A DNA stretch of 64,000 bases from an uncultured Spirochaetota bacterium (GCA_963768055.1 CAVYGN010000001.1:832001-896000), one strand, 5' to 3'. Shown: positions 18,674 through 29,393, counted from the first letter of the stretch. The notes: generated by a model from the letters alone, not told the origin. Numbers and translations: made by a program.

Positions 18674-19162
18674 TCAAAGTTCGGGATTGTATAGATCCGA
18701 GATATCCGATACCTTGATCGGTTGAATCAGGATATTGCCTGTTCCTGTATTAAAAAGGACCTTTTTCCCCTGCTCACCACCGGTATTTGTAGATTTTATC
18801 CTTATACCGTGCTTGTTCAGGATATTTCTGGCAATATCGATATTCTGTTCGCCGATAAAAAAGAAATTGTTTTTATTATAAGTGATAAAAGCCCCGCCCG
18901 CAATATGGGCTTCCAGATCTTTCAATTCGGTTCGATTCTTGACAAACTTATTAATAAGTATCTTTAAAGCGATATTACCGTATTTTGTGCTGGCGTTGTT
19001 GTCTGCTCGGTCAGGAAGAAGGTAATGACACATTCCGCCAAACCGGTTCTTTTTATCGTACAGACAAACGGAAACGCATGAACCAAGAACGGTTTTAATG
19101 ATAATTGGAATTTTAGAGAAGATCAATTCTCCTGGGTTCAAAAAATATTCCTCAATATCCAT
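18674..19162 (-). CDS. cheD: Chemoreceptor glutamine deamidase CheD
   Basis: TVLGSCVSVCL, GGMCHYLLP, IGEQN. Confidence 0.95.
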   Translation of the reverse strand: MDIEEYFLNPGELIFSKIPIIIKTVLGSCVSVCLYDKKNRFGGMCHYLLPDRADNNASTKYGNIALKILINKFVKNRTELKDLEAHIAGGAFITYNKNNFFFIGEQNIDIARNILNKHGIRIKSTNTGGEQGKKVLFNTGTGNILIQPIKVSDISDLYNPEL

Positions 19163-19211
19163 GAAATCTTAACCCCATTTTATACCCCATCTGCTTTAAT
19201 TATAATTAGTA

Positions 19212-20048
19212 CTATTTTTTTTGATAAATTGAGTTTTTTAGTGCAAAAAGGTCATGTTTTATCTCAAAAATGGTTTCCGATAGTCCCAGGATCAAATATC
19301 CCCCGGGTTTGATAAAATTACTGACCTTTTGGACTACCATTTCCTTCTCCCGGTTATTAAAATAAATCAAAACATTTCTCAGAAACACCATGTCGAATAA
19401 TTTTTTAAACGGGTAGCTTTCAAAAAGATTCAAGTACCGGAATGCAATCAGTTCTTTTAATATCTGCCGGATCTGAAATTGATTGTCTTTACGGTCGTAA
19501 TCAAAATATGTTTTAAGTTCCCCATTATTAACATGGCCATCGACTGCGCTGTAATTATATAAACCCTTTTTCGCCGTCTCCAGGGCCTTTGTAGAAACAT
19601 CGGTTGCAAGAATTTTAATATCCAGGCTCAGGATATCCTGCAGGATTTGATAACAAATGATCGCCATGCTATAAGGTTCCTCGCCGGTTGAACAGGCTGA
19701 ACTCCACAAGCGGATATACGTCTCAGATCGTCTCTTCTCCAGCAGATATTGCTTTAAAAACTCGAAATGCACTTTATCCCTGAAAAAAAAACTGTAATTC
19801 GTAGTTAATGCATTCACAAATGCGGCGGTAAGCCTGCCGTCCTTATCATTTTTCAGGGCTTCATAATACTCCTCAAATCCTGTAAATTCCCTGCCCCGCC
19901 CTACCAATTTCGATAGGCGGTTTATCACCAGATATTTTTTATAATCTTTTAATGTAATGCCGCTTTTCTGAAATAAAAGCGCTGTGAATTTTCTGAAAAG
20001 CCCATCGGTAAGAAAGGGAATCTCAATTCTATTCATATTATTTTCCAT
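19212..20048 (-). CDS. cheR: Chemotaxis methyltransferase CheR
   Basis: TTNYSFFFRD, WSSACSTGEEPYS, LRNVLIYF. Confidence 0.96.
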   Translation of the reverse strand: MENNMNRIEIPFLTDGLFRKFTALLFQKSGITLKDYKKYLVINRLSKLVGRGREFTGFEEYYEALKNDKDGRLTAAFVNALTTNYSFFFRDKVHFEFLKQYLLEKRRSETYIRLWSSACSTGEEPYSMAIICYQILQDILSLDIKILATDVSTKALETAKKGLYNYSAVDGHVNNGELKTYFDYDRKDNQFQIRQILKELIAFRYLNLFESYPFKKLFDMVFLRNVLIYFNNREKEMVVQKVSNFIKPGGYLILGLSETIFEIKHDLFALKNSIYQKK

Positions 20049-20055
20049 AATATAA

Positions 20056-21543
20056 CTAGAATATTATCACAGATTCGCCGCCGACGGCGAGATCCTTTTC
20101 CGCCTTATTTTCAATTACGGCGTTTTCATGCACTTGGATATTGAATTCCTTTTCATATTTTTCCAACACGATACGCTCTTGCTCCGAAGTAATCAACCGG
20201 TTCATCGCTTCAAGGATATGCTTCCGGATTGTATTTTTTTCCTCCTGGGAAAGGGTTTCCACAGGCGAAGCGGCATCCTCCTGTGCAATCTCATTATCCT
20301 GAAATGCAAACTCAAACATTGACTTCAAATGTGAGGTTCCCTGGCTTGTGATATCGTAAAATTGAAGTTTACCTATTACATTTTTCATATCAGCTTCTAT
20401 TTGGGCCGAGAAATTATTAAGATTTTGAATAGAAATCTTAATATGTTTTACGGCGCTATTAAGAATTGAGCCGAAAGATTCGAACGAAATTTTTATACTG
20501 TTAAGGGAATCGTATACATTTTTCATATCTTTAACATAATTATCAGTCAATTTTGATGTTAACGCCTGGTTATATTTAACTCTGTCTTTTACTTCGGCCG
20601 AAAATTTTATCGTTTTCAATGTGAAAGCCCGCAGGTCTCTTGCAAGAACCTGAAAGCTCTTGGAGCTATTACCGGCGCTGACCGCCTGTATGCTGAAATT
20701 AAGGGAAATCAGCTTGATAGTATCTGAAACCTGCTGAATGGAATTAATAATTTCCCCGATATTCTTCAGCATGCCCGCAGTTTTTGATGTAAATTCATCC
20801 CATTTATTTTTCAGCCTTTCCATACTGTTGTAAAATACATCGAATTCGGCAGTAAGCCTGCCTGACTCCTTGATAATATGGGCAAGGTTGTCAGTTTTAT
20901 CATCCTCCATCAGTTCCAGCATACTTTTTTCAATCCCGCCGGTTATGAGTTTATTATTTTTTGAGATATCGGAAAAACGGGATATTAAATCCATAATTAT
21001 TTTTTTCGAGAAATCGTTAAGCTTTACGGTCAGGTCATTCAGGATCGGTATAAGCATATCCCGGGTATAATTTCTTATTAGCAGATTCTTTTTAAATACA
21101 GCCATGGAAGAAATTCCGGATTCATATTCTTCCCGGAATTTTTCTATCAGCTCCCATAATAATTCATGAACCTCATGCATTATTGAAATGGCATCTAAAG
21201 CTGTTTTCTTGGTATTAATTTTCTCGGATACTGCCTGAAGCCTTTTGTTCAGATCTTTTATTTCCCACCTCGGGTCCTCGTCGCTGAGTTTTTTGCGGAT
21301 CATCTGAATCCGGTTTAGGAAGCTAAATCCAATATTATTAATTAAAAGCGACAATTCTTTATCCATTGAAGTTTTCCGGTTTACTGCCAAAACAATAAAT
21401 ATGACAAAAGAAAGGGTGGTTTCAAGAAGGCTCAAAATAATGCACCATTCAAAATATCTGAAGATTATCAACAGGCAGGATAACGCCGCCGATATAAACA
21501 TGACAATGAGAGATAAAAATGTAAGCGATTTTGCCCCCTTCAT
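20056..21543 (-). CDS. Divergent methyl-accepting chemotaxis-like protein
   Basis: Two N-terminal TM helices, a degenerate hairpin tip IKLISLNFSIQAVSAGNSSKSFQVLA, and LQFYDITSQ near the C-terminus. Confidence 0.65.
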   Translation of the reverse strand: MKGAKSLTFLSLIVMFISAALSCLLIIFRYFEWCIILSLLETTLSFVIFIVLAVNRKTSMDKELSLLINNIGFSFLNRIQMIRKKLSDEDPRWEIKDLNKRLQAVSEKINTKKTALDAISIMHEVHELLWELIEKFREEYESGISSMAVFKKNLLIRNYTRDMLIPILNDLTVKLNDFSKKIIMDLISRFSDISKNNKLITGGIEKSMLELMEDDKTDNLAHIIKESGRLTAEFDVFYNSMERLKNKWDEFTSKTAGMLKNIGEIINSIQQVSDTIKLISLNFSIQAVSAGNSSKSFQVLARDLRAFTLKTIKFSAEVKDRVKYNQALTSKLTDNYVKDMKNVYDSLNSIKISFESFGSILNSAVKHIKISIQNLNNFSAQIEADMKNVIGKLQFYDITSQGTSHLKSMFEFAFQDNEIAQEDAASPVETLSQEEKNTIRKHILEAMNRLITSEQERIVLEKYEKEFNIQVHENAVIENKAEKDLAVGGESVIIF

Positions 21544-21738
21544 GCCCCCGAATCCTCCAAAAATCCAACCCCATAATCAGAAGTTTAATTTAAAACTGAT
21601 AAATGTCAATAATTTATGATAAAAAATTAATTACCTATAATAAAACTAAAAAGACCTTGCTAAATAAAATATTTAAGTTAATATTAATTATTATATGGAT
21701 CAAACGGATTCCAAAAAATCTTATTTTTGAGGTTTTTT

Positions 21739-23931
21739 ATGGAAAAGGTAGGATTCTTAACAGATCTGGATGCCCTCACTAAGAAACTTGAGAGCCTTGA
21801 AAGCGGCGATCTTATCGCGATATCTGACATTAAAAATTCCTATGAAGAAATTAAAAATCATCTTGGAAGTATAATAACTGGAGATCAATTAATTCTTAAT
21901 ACCGACTTTCTTCCTATTCTTACTGAGAAATTATCGGATTCAAGGCATGAAAGTGAAATTAAAACAATCCTTATAAAAGCCAACCAATACCTTGCGGATT
22001 ATTTGAACAAACCGGAAAGCTTTTCCGAAATTCAGGTAAACTGGGAAAAACTTATCCATGATTTCAAGAGTATTATCGAAGATGGTAAAGAAGCTGAAAT
22101 ACTTAAGACTGCGGATGAATTAATAAATCAATATGAGGGATTCTTCAATAATATTGTTGACGATTCAAAAATGCTTTCGCAGCTGTGCGAAGAAATCAGG
22201 GAGCATCTGGATACGGCCCAATACACCCTGGTGGAACTGGAATTCAACGAAACCAACCAGGAAAACATCAACAAGGTTTTCAGGAGTTTTCACACTATAA
22301 AAGGCTCATCAGCATTTCTTGGTCTGAAAAATATAGAAGAAATCGGGCATGAGATGGAAAGCTTGCTGGTCCTTGTCCGTGACGGCAAACTTCGAGTTTC
22401 CAGGGAATTGATCGATGTAATATTTATGGGAATAGAACTTTTACGTTCCCTGATTTCTATTATGGAAACCAATCAGTTCCAGCTGGAAAAAATGACCAGA
22501 AGTTTTGTTAAAGTGGATATTTTTAGTTATATGAAACTGATAAAAAAAATCATAGCCGAATATCCTACAAAAAAAATAGGTGAGATCCTTGCGGAAGGAT
22601 ATATCATTTTCAATAGAGATGTTGAAACTATTCTCAGTAAACAAAAAGAATCCGGTAAAAAATTCGGCGAAATCGCAGTCGAAGAAAAGTTAGTCAGCGA
22701 GAAAGATCTGTTAAACGCCTTAAAAAAACAGCAGACTATAACGGCAAAGAGCACCAGTTATGTCAAAGTATCTAATGAACGTTTGAATTCTTTGATCGAT
22801 ATCGTCGGCGAACTTGTAATAAATCAATCCATGATCAAACAGGTCCTCCTGCATGGGGAAGCCTCTTCCGATAGTTCCGAAAGGGCTTTGTCCCAATTGG
22901 AATTTATTACAACTACCATAAAAAACCTGGTCTTATCAATGGGGATGGTCCCGATCTCTGAAATATTCAATAAACTTCGCGTAGTCGTCCGGAATACATC
23001 ACAGGAAACCGGCAAAACAGTAGTAGTTGACCTGAAAGGTGAAGAAACCGAACTGGACCGCAATGTCATTGAAGCGATTTATGATCCGCTGGTTCATATG
23101 GTACGGAACTCGATCGATCATGGCATTGAACCGCCTGAAGAGCGGGAACAGCTGAATAAAGACAGGATCGGCAAGATTGTCATTACCGCGGAGCATAAAG
23201 GCAATAATATCGAAATATCCGTATTTGACGACGGCCGCGGCATTGACAGAGACGCGGTTTTGAAAAAAGCCATTTCTGAAAATCTGGTGGATCTCATGAA
23301 CATTGAAAATATCAGCGATAGGGAAGTCTACAACCTGATGTTTCTCCCGGGATTCTCCACAACCCGGAAAGTTACAGAAATATCGGGGCGCGGCGTAGGC
23401 CTGGATGTTGTAAAAAGGAATATCGAATCAATAAGGGGCCGAATCGATGTAACTTCTCAGCCCGGTCAATTCACAAAATTTACGATAAAGCTCCCGCTGA
23501 CGCTTGCGATAATAGAAGGTTTCGTAACCATGATCGGGAAAAATAAATATGTTCTGCCCTTCACTTCGATCGATGAAATCGTTGTTCCTCTGGCCGAAAA
23601 CCTGAAAATAATGGATGATGGGAACATAATACTGTTAAACCGCGGTGCCTATGTACCCCTTCTTTTTGCAGGCAAGATACTCAATGAAGTTGGATTCAAT
23701 CAGGATATATCATCGCTACTGCTGGTGCTGATATCATTTGACAGCATGAGCTACGCAATTGTTGTCGACAGGATTATCGGAAAACAGGAAATAGTCATTA
23801 AAAGCATGGGTGAAGTTTTTTCAGGACTGTCGGCCTTTTCAGGCGGCACTATTTTCGGAGACGGAACCATCGGATTTGTAGTTGATATCGAAGGTTTGCT
23901 TAAAGGAGTGAAAAAATTGCAGGGGGCGTAG
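21739..23931 (+). CDS. cheA: Chemotaxis histidine kinase CheA with an internal MshEN-like motif
   Basis: Hpt FRSFHTIKG; HMVRNSIDHGIE, DDGRG, GFST, GRGVGLDVV; C-terminal CheW domain. ATG 21739 follows GAGG. Confidence 0.97.
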   Translation: MEKVGFLTDLDALTKKLESLESGDLIAISDIKNSYEEIKNHLGSIITGDQLILNTDFLPILTEKLSDSRHESEIKTILIKANQYLADYLNKPESFSEIQVNWEKLIHDFKSIIEDGKEAEILKTADELINQYEGFFNNIVDDSKMLSQLCEEIREHLDTAQYTLVELEFNETNQENINKVFRSFHTIKGSSAFLGLKNIEEIGHEMESLLVLVRDGKLRVSRELIDVIFMGIELLRSLISIMETNQFQLEKMTRSFVKVDIFSYMKLIKKIIAEYPTKKIGEILAEGYIIFNRDVETILSKQKESGKKFGEIAVEEKLVSEKDLLNALKKQQTITAKSTSYVKVSNERLNSLIDIVGELVINQSMIKQVLLHGEASSDSSERALSQLEFITTTIKNLVLSMGMVPISEIFNKLRVVVRNTSQETGKTVVVDLKGEETELDRNVIEAIYDPLVHMVRNSIDHGIEPPEEREQLNKDRIGKIVITAEHKGNNIEISVFDDGRGIDRDAVLKKAISENLVDLMNIENISDREVYNLMFLPGFSTTRKVTEISGRGVGLDVVKRNIESIRGRIDVTSQPGQFTKFTIKLPLTLAIIEGFVTMIGKNKYVLPFTSIDEIVVPLAENLKIMDDGNIILLNRGAYVPLLFAGKILNEVGFNQDISSLLLVLISFDSMSYAIVVDRIIGKQEIVIKSMGEVFSGLSAFSGGTIFGDGTIGFVVDIEGLLKGVKKLQGA

Positions 23932-23934
23932 GGC

Positions 23935-24300
23935 ATGGAAATCATGATCGTAGATGATTCTGAAGTCGTCAGGAGTGTTATCCGGGAAGCCCTTTTATTA
24001 TACGGCTACACAAATATTATCGAAGCGGAGGATGGGGAAGACGCAATGAGCAAAGTGAAGCAAAGCAATACATCGATCGCTCTCTATATACTGGATGTAA
24101 ATATGCCGAAAATGGACGGAATAACCCTCGTGAAAGAAATCAGAAAAATAAACTCCTCTGCACCAATAATTATGCTGACAACTGAAACGGATAAAGTTAA
24201 AATGCTTCAGGCAAAGGAAAATGGGGCGACCGGATGGATAATCAAGCCTTTTGAATCGAAAAAATTCATAAGGGTTATACAAATGCTCCTTAATGATTAA
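23935..24300 (+). CDS. cheY: Single-domain response regulator CheY
   Basis: IVDDS, LDVNMPKMDG, MLTTE, GWIIKPF. Confidence 0.92.
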   Translation: MEIMIVDDSEVVRSVIREALLLYGYTNIIEAEDGEDAMSKVKQSNTSIALYILDVNMPKMDGITLVKEIRKINSSAPIIMLTTETDKVKMLQAKENGATGWIIKPFESKKFIRVIQMLLND

Positions 24301-24341
24301 TAATTTTATAATGCGTCGATTTATAGAAGGGGGTAATTAAT

Positions 24342-24836
24342 ATGTCTGATCTTGCTAATAAGTACCTGGTTTTCGATGTTATCAAAGAAAGTTATGGTGT
24401 TCCGATAACAAAAGTCCGGGAAGTGATCCGTTTCGTTGAAATAACGCCGCTGAACGACGCATCTCGTTTCTTGAAGGGTGTTATCAATCTGAGGGGAAAA
24501 ATTATTCCTATTATCGACTTGCGGGCGAAATTCGGACTTCAGGAGACCGACTATAGCGACAGAACCATATTTATTATAGTGGATATACCGGGCGCAAAGG
24601 ATGTCATCAATATCGGTATAGCGGTCGACTCCGTCCAGGATGTCATAGATATTCCGGAATCAAACCTTGAAAAAGCCCCTGATATAGGGCTGAAACTCAA
24701 GTCACAGTATCTTTATGGAATTGCTCAGATAAATGGAAAAATGCTTATGATTCTCAATATTGACAGGATCCTCTCAACGGAAGATGTTATAGATCTTTCC
24801 GATCTTGAGGAAAATAAAACGAACGTTTCGAATTAA
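24342..24836 (+). CDS. cheW: Chemotaxis adaptor CheW
   Basis: VREVI, GVINLRGKIIPIIDLR, GIAVDSV. Confidence 0.96.
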   Translation: MSDLANKYLVFDVIKESYGVPITKVREVIRFVEITPLNDASRFLKGVINLRGKIIPIIDLRAKFGLQETDYSDRTIFIIVDIPGAKDVINIGIAVDSVQDVIDIPESNLEKAPDIGLKLKSQYLYGIAQINGKMLMILNIDRILSTEDVIDLSDLEENKTNVSN

Positions 24837-24837
24837 A

Positions 24838-26496
24838 CCGATATTTCCCAAATGACACCCCAAACTCTCCCATTTAATGGATTGATTTATTATGATTCCG
24901 TAAAATAACTTTGTCAACATTAAAATCCAGGTTTCTTTATATAAAATTCATTCGATAATAACATAAAATCAGATTTCAGGCGATGTTCTGCTAACCTTTA
25001 AACAAAAAGGCGACAGTAACCCCTTGAAAAATCCGATATCAAATAAATAGTATTAACCAACGCCAAACAGTAGCCTTAATCTATGTAATCTATCAAGGAT
25101 AACGGCAAACAGCCCTTTCGGGACGGCGACTTCCGCCATCTGGAAAACCACATAGCGAGCATGGCTGACAACCTTTGCACCGATTTTTATTAGCTTTTCC
25201 CTGAGTGTCGTCATGGTCCAGTGTTTCATTACTCTGGGTAAAGCTGAATGCCGGAAGAAGTTTCCAAGATTGTAGGCAAGGACAAATAACTGGAGCCGGA
25301 CATGATTATCGATAAAATCATGACAGGAGAGCCTTGTCCACTTTACAGCATTCTTACCCTCTTTAATGCATTGTTCCGCTGTTCCCCTCATATTGTAAAA
25401 ATGGACTACTTTCTTCTTTTTAGCCCTTAGATTTGTAACGATAAAACCGACCCTGGGAAAGAGTTCTCCCTGGTGCCATTCCACCTTTGCTATTATCCTG
25501 CGATCACGAGCCCAGGATGCCGCTTTATACAGGAATTCATGGTACCAGACAACAGGTGTATATGACGGCCGTCCTACCGGCCTTGTAAGGAGATGTCCGA
25601 TTTCACTGTATAAAATATCATTGGCTGGTAAGCGAATGGCATACTTGAAATGTTCTGATTCCAGGTACTCGTAAATCTCGGGTTTGGCAAAGCCGGCATC
25701 CCCTCTGAAGTAATGAGGAAATTTTCTATTACGGTAACGGGCAACAATTGGATCTAATACTTTTTTCCAGTTATCAGCGCTGTGTACATTACCTTCCCGA
25801 AGAAGGGCAAACTCGACATCGCCAAACTGGTTGAAGCAAAAAAGGGGGTGGTAACAAGTACATCCAAAGTGTCCATTATATGCAGTCCCATCCTGTCTTC
25901 CATATGTTTCACTCACAGAGCTGTCCATATCGAGAACAAGATTTCTCATGGGAACCTGATCCCTTAACCTGTCAATCCATTGCCCGGAAAGATTCATAAG
26001 GGCTTTGATGTTATCCGGAAGAGTTAGAACTTCAGTTTCAAACCTTCCCATCTGGCTCGTTGACGCAGCCGTATGAATAAGAGCTCTTCCCCCGACAACC
26101 TGCCTCATGGCAGGATCAACGGAAAGACGTTCCGCATCATTTGTGTCTTCATATCCCGCAAGCCTGCTGAATACGGATTGCCGCAATTGTGCTGCAATAC
26201 TATGCTGTTTGTTCTTTCCAAATCTGATATCTTTCAGGCACTTTGCCGCAATGTCTGTCAATCCCAATGCGTCATCAAGTTCACGATAAGCAAGTAGTCC
26301 GGCATCAGAAGTAATGGTTGAACCATGAAATTCAAGCCTTAGACTCTTATCAAAATCGACTCGTAATGCCTGATTTTGGCTTTCACCCATTGAATCCTCC
26401 AGTTATGAAGGTTTTTTAGTAATCTAATTCCTATCCTGATATATGATTATGCCATGTTTTCTCTAAGAAAACAAAATTTCATCTGGGAAATGTGGG
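24838..26496 (-). mobile_element. IS1380-family insertion sequence, 1659 bp
   Basis: 18-bp imperfect IRs CCGATATTTCCCAAATGA and CCCACATTTCCCAGATGA (reverse complement), 15/18 match; TTAAA direct repeat at 24833-24837 and 26497-26501. Confidence 0.93.
25053..26390 (-). CDS. IS1380-family transposase (DDE_Tnp_1_4)
   Basis: [43 protein letters not shown]. Confidence 0.95.
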   Translation of the reverse strand: MGESQNQALRVDFDKSLRLEFHGSTITSDAGLLAYRELDDALGLTDIAAKCLKDIRFGKNKQHSIAAQLRQSVFSRLAGYEDTNDAERLSVDPAMRQVVGGRALIHTAASTSQMGRFETEVLTLPDNIKALMNLSGQWIDRLRDQVPMRNLVLDMDSSVSETYGRQDGTAYNGHFGCTCYHPLFCFNQFGDVEFALLREGNVHSADNWKKVLDPIVARYRNRKFPHYFRGDAGFAKPEIYEYLESEHFKYAIRLPANDILYSEIGHLLTRPVGRPSYTPVVWYHEFLYKAASWARDRRIIAKVEWHQGELFPRVGFIVTNLRAKKKKVVHFYNMRGTAEQCIKEGKNAVKWTRLSCHDFIDNHVRLQLFVLAYNLGNFFRHSALPRVMKHWTMTTLREKLIKIGAKVVSHARYVVFQMAEVAVPKGLFAVILDRLHRLRLLFGVG

Positions 26497-26544
26497 TTAA
26501 AATATTATTTTTCACTTATTGTTAAATGTTGAAAGGAGGTTTCT

Positions 26545-28125
26545 ATGATTAAAAATCATGGCTTGATGATGAAGTTATTAACGGTTATTCTTCTTTGTGT
26601 TCTGCTGTCTATAGCAAGCTTCGGAATAAGTTTTTATATTATTGCTAACGGCACGGTTTCATCCTTGGCTGATGAAGAATTGAATAATATTTTAAATTCT
26701 TTTTATAGCTCCGCGCGGATCGCATATCTCATAGGCAGTAACTTGAATCAGAGTTCGGAAATGGCATATCTTAAACAGGAATACGGCAGTATGCACATCG
26801 GAAAGACAGGATACCCGTATATCATCGATTCACAAGGAAATTTACTTCTGCATCCCTCCATGGAAGGGAAAAATATTTATGATTCGATCGATGCTAAAGG
26901 GCGGTATTTTATCCGGGAAATTTGCAGTAATAAAAATGGAAAGATCATTTATCCCTGGAAAAACCCGGAGGACCCGGCCGCCAGGGACAAAATAGTAGTT
27001 TATAAATACCTTGCGGAACGGGATTGGATCATTGCGGTCGGAGTTTATATCAATGAATTATATTCCCCTATCCAAACTTTCCTGATCGATATGCTCGTCA
27101 TCGGGATTATTCTTCTTGGATTAGCTGTTATTCTGGCAATATTTGTTTCCAACTCTATCAGTAAACCGATCAGCCATATTGCCGATGATCTTTATAATTC
27201 CTCCAACAGCCTGGAATCCGCGGCGGGGCAGGTTTCATCTTCGAGCCAGGAGCTTTCCAGCGGAGCCTCTGAATTGGCTTCCTCAGTGGAAGAAATGTCT
27301 TCATCGCTGGAGGAACTTCAATCAATTATCGAATCCACGACCAGGAATGTGAATGAGGCAGAACTTATGACGCGCGAGGCTATGGAGGAATCCAAGGAAA
27401 GTTCATTACATATGGATGAAATGCAGAAAGCTATGACTGAAATCAGCGATAACAGCAGGAAGATCTCAAAGATCATTAAGGTCATTGACGATATCGCTTT
27501 TCAGACCAATATCCTGGCGCTGAACGCGGCGGTTGAGGCGGCCAGGGCAGGCGACGCGGGTAGAGGGTTTGCGGTCGTGGCGGATCAGGTCAAGAGCCTT
27601 GCGCAAAAAAGCGCTGACGCGGCAAAGGAAACCGCGGATTTGATGGAAATAGCAATTGCCAGCGTTAACGGCGGAAATACTATTGTGGATAAGGTAAAAA
27701 AAGCCGCTGAAAAAGCCGGCGGTGTGCTTGGGAAAGTAGGGACAATGATGGATGAAGTTACACGCGCTTCGAAAGAACAGTTAAATGGCGCCAACCAGGT
27801 TAATAAAACTGTGACCCAGATCAATACTGTCGTCGAGAATACGGCCGCATCATCGGAAGAGACCGCGTCAGCCGGTGAGGAATTATTGGCCCAGGCTGAA
27901 ATGATAAAATCAGTAGTCGGTAACCTGAATAATCTTATAAAGGGGAATAGATCTTCCTCCTATGAAAAGAGTTCTCAGACGGCCGGTGAAAGAACAATAT
28001 TACACGATGACCCTGCCAAAACCGGGAATGAAATACATTCCATGAAGTTCTTAAAAAAAGATGAGCAGATAGAGCTGATCAAGCCTGAAGATAAAATTCC
28101 AATGGAGGATTTTAAGGATTTTTGA
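26545..28125 (+). CDS. Methyl-accepting chemotaxis protein with Cache sensor domain and C-terminal pentapeptide
   Basis: TM-Cache ([16 protein letters not shown])-TM architecture; [20 protein letters not shown]; ends DFKDF. Confidence 0.95.
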   Translation: MIKNHGLMMKLLTVILLCVLLSIASFGISFYIIANGTVSSLADEELNNILNSFYSSARIAYLIGSNLNQSSEMAYLKQEYGSMHIGKTGYPYIIDSQGNLLLHPSMEGKNIYDSIDAKGRYFIREICSNKNGKIIYPWKNPEDPAARDKIVVYKYLAERDWIIAVGVYINELYSPIQTFLIDMLVIGIILLGLAVILAIFVSNSISKPISHIADDLYNSSNSLESAAGQVSSSSQELSSGASELASSVEEMSSSLEELQSIIESTTRNVNEAELMTREAMEESKESSLHMDEMQKAMTEISDNSRKISKIIKVIDDIAFQTNILALNAAVEAARAGDAGRGFAVVADQVKSLAQKSADAAKETADLMEIAIASVNGGNTIVDKVKKAAEKAGGVLGKVGTMMDEVTRASKEQLNGANQVNKTVTQINTVVENTAASSEETASAGEELLAQAEMIKSVVGNLNNLIKGNRSSSYEKSSQTAGERTILHDDPAKTGNEIHSMKFLKKDEQIELIKPEDKIPMEDFKDF

Positions 28126-28186
28126 GAAATAGGAATCATGATTATGACAGGTATGGAAAAGATATGTTATAGCGGTTGTTTTATAT

Positions 28187-29365
28187 ATGAGCTATAAGAA
28201 GAACATCCTTTTAGTAGATGATTCTCCGGTTATAAGGTCGATGATCGAAAAAGTTTTAAGGGAAGAAGGTTATCAAAATATCGATATGGCTGTAGACGGC
28301 TTAGACGCTAAAAAAAAGCTGTTTCAAAAAAAATACGATATGGTTCTTTCCGATTACGATATGCCGAATATGAACGGGGGAGAACTTCTGGATTTTATCA
28401 AAACAAGCTACCCGGACATTTTGGTGATTATGCTAAGCGGTCAGGACCAAAGACAGACCGTTGTGAAATTGATGCGGATGGCTGATAATTATATAGTTAA
28501 GGATAATATCGAGACTATTAAAGCTGATATTCTTCTGACGATACATCAGGCTTTTGAGAGGCAAAGGCTGCTTAAAGAAAATAAAGAGCTTTTTGAGAAA
28601 TTGGCAGAGAAAGATAAAAAAATCCAGAAAGAATTAAACCATGCTTTATACCTGCTGAGAAGCATCTACGAAGTCGGTGTCGAGAAATCCCCGGTCTTTA
28701 ATATCGAAGTATTTCATCGCCTTTCGAATACGATCGGCGGCGATTATTACCTGGTAAGAAGATTGAATAACAAAATCGCGGTTTTGCTTGCGGATATCAG
28801 CGGACATGGCATCCCTGCTGCAATGCTGGTTTTTACGCTAAGGAATGTAGTCGAGAATATAATTTCGGAATTTTCCAAGACAAGCAAAGTCATCGATCTT
28901 CTGGATTCGAAACTTAAACAGGTCTTTCCTGAAAGCATGTTCGCGACAGTATCCTATCTGGTATTGGATGAAGAAACGAAAGAGATTTTCTACACGAACG
29001 AATTGCAAAATCCTATTCTTTTCCAGACCAGCCAGGGCGAAATAAAAGAGGTTACAAACAGCAAAGTAATACTCCTGGGATGTTATGACAGGGCGGATTT
29101 TCTTGACAAGCTGGATTTCAACTTTTCAGAGGATATTCTGAAATTAGGAAAAAGAGAACGGCTGTTTATTTTTACCGACGGTATAACCGAAGCAAAAAAT
29201 ACAGTCCATGCAGATTTCGGAATCGAAAGGCTGGTCGAATCTATAAAAGCAAATGCCAATTACAGTCTTGCCGACTGCCTGACGAATGTATTTAACGATG
29301 TGAAGCAATTTAATTCAGGAGATATTACCGACGATATTACGATTATCGGAATTGAAATGAAATAA
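28187..29365 (+). CDS. Response regulator with PP2C (SpoIIE/RsbU-type) phosphatase output
   Basis: REC (DYDMPNMNG) plus GGDYY, ADISGHG, FTDGITE and DDITI. Confidence 0.9.
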   Translation: MSYKKNILLVDDSPVIRSMIEKVLREEGYQNIDMAVDGLDAKKKLFQKKYDMVLSDYDMPNMNGGELLDFIKTSYPDILVIMLSGQDQRQTVVKLMRMADNYIVKDNIETIKADILLTIHQAFERQRLLKENKELFEKLAEKDKKIQKELNHALYLLRSIYEVGVEKSPVFNIEVFHRLSNTIGGDYYLVRRLNNKIAVLLADISGHGIPAAMLVFTLRNVVENIISEFSKTSKVIDLLDSKLKQVFPESMFATVSYLVLDEETKEIFYTNELQNPILFQTSQGEIKEVTNSKVILLGCYDRADFLDKLDFNFSEDILKLGKRERLFIFTDGITEAKNTVHADFGIERLVESIKANANYSLADCLTNVFNDVKQFNSGDITDDITIIGIEMK

Positions 29366-29393
29366 TCCCGAGGGGATTGATGCGGAGGCATAA

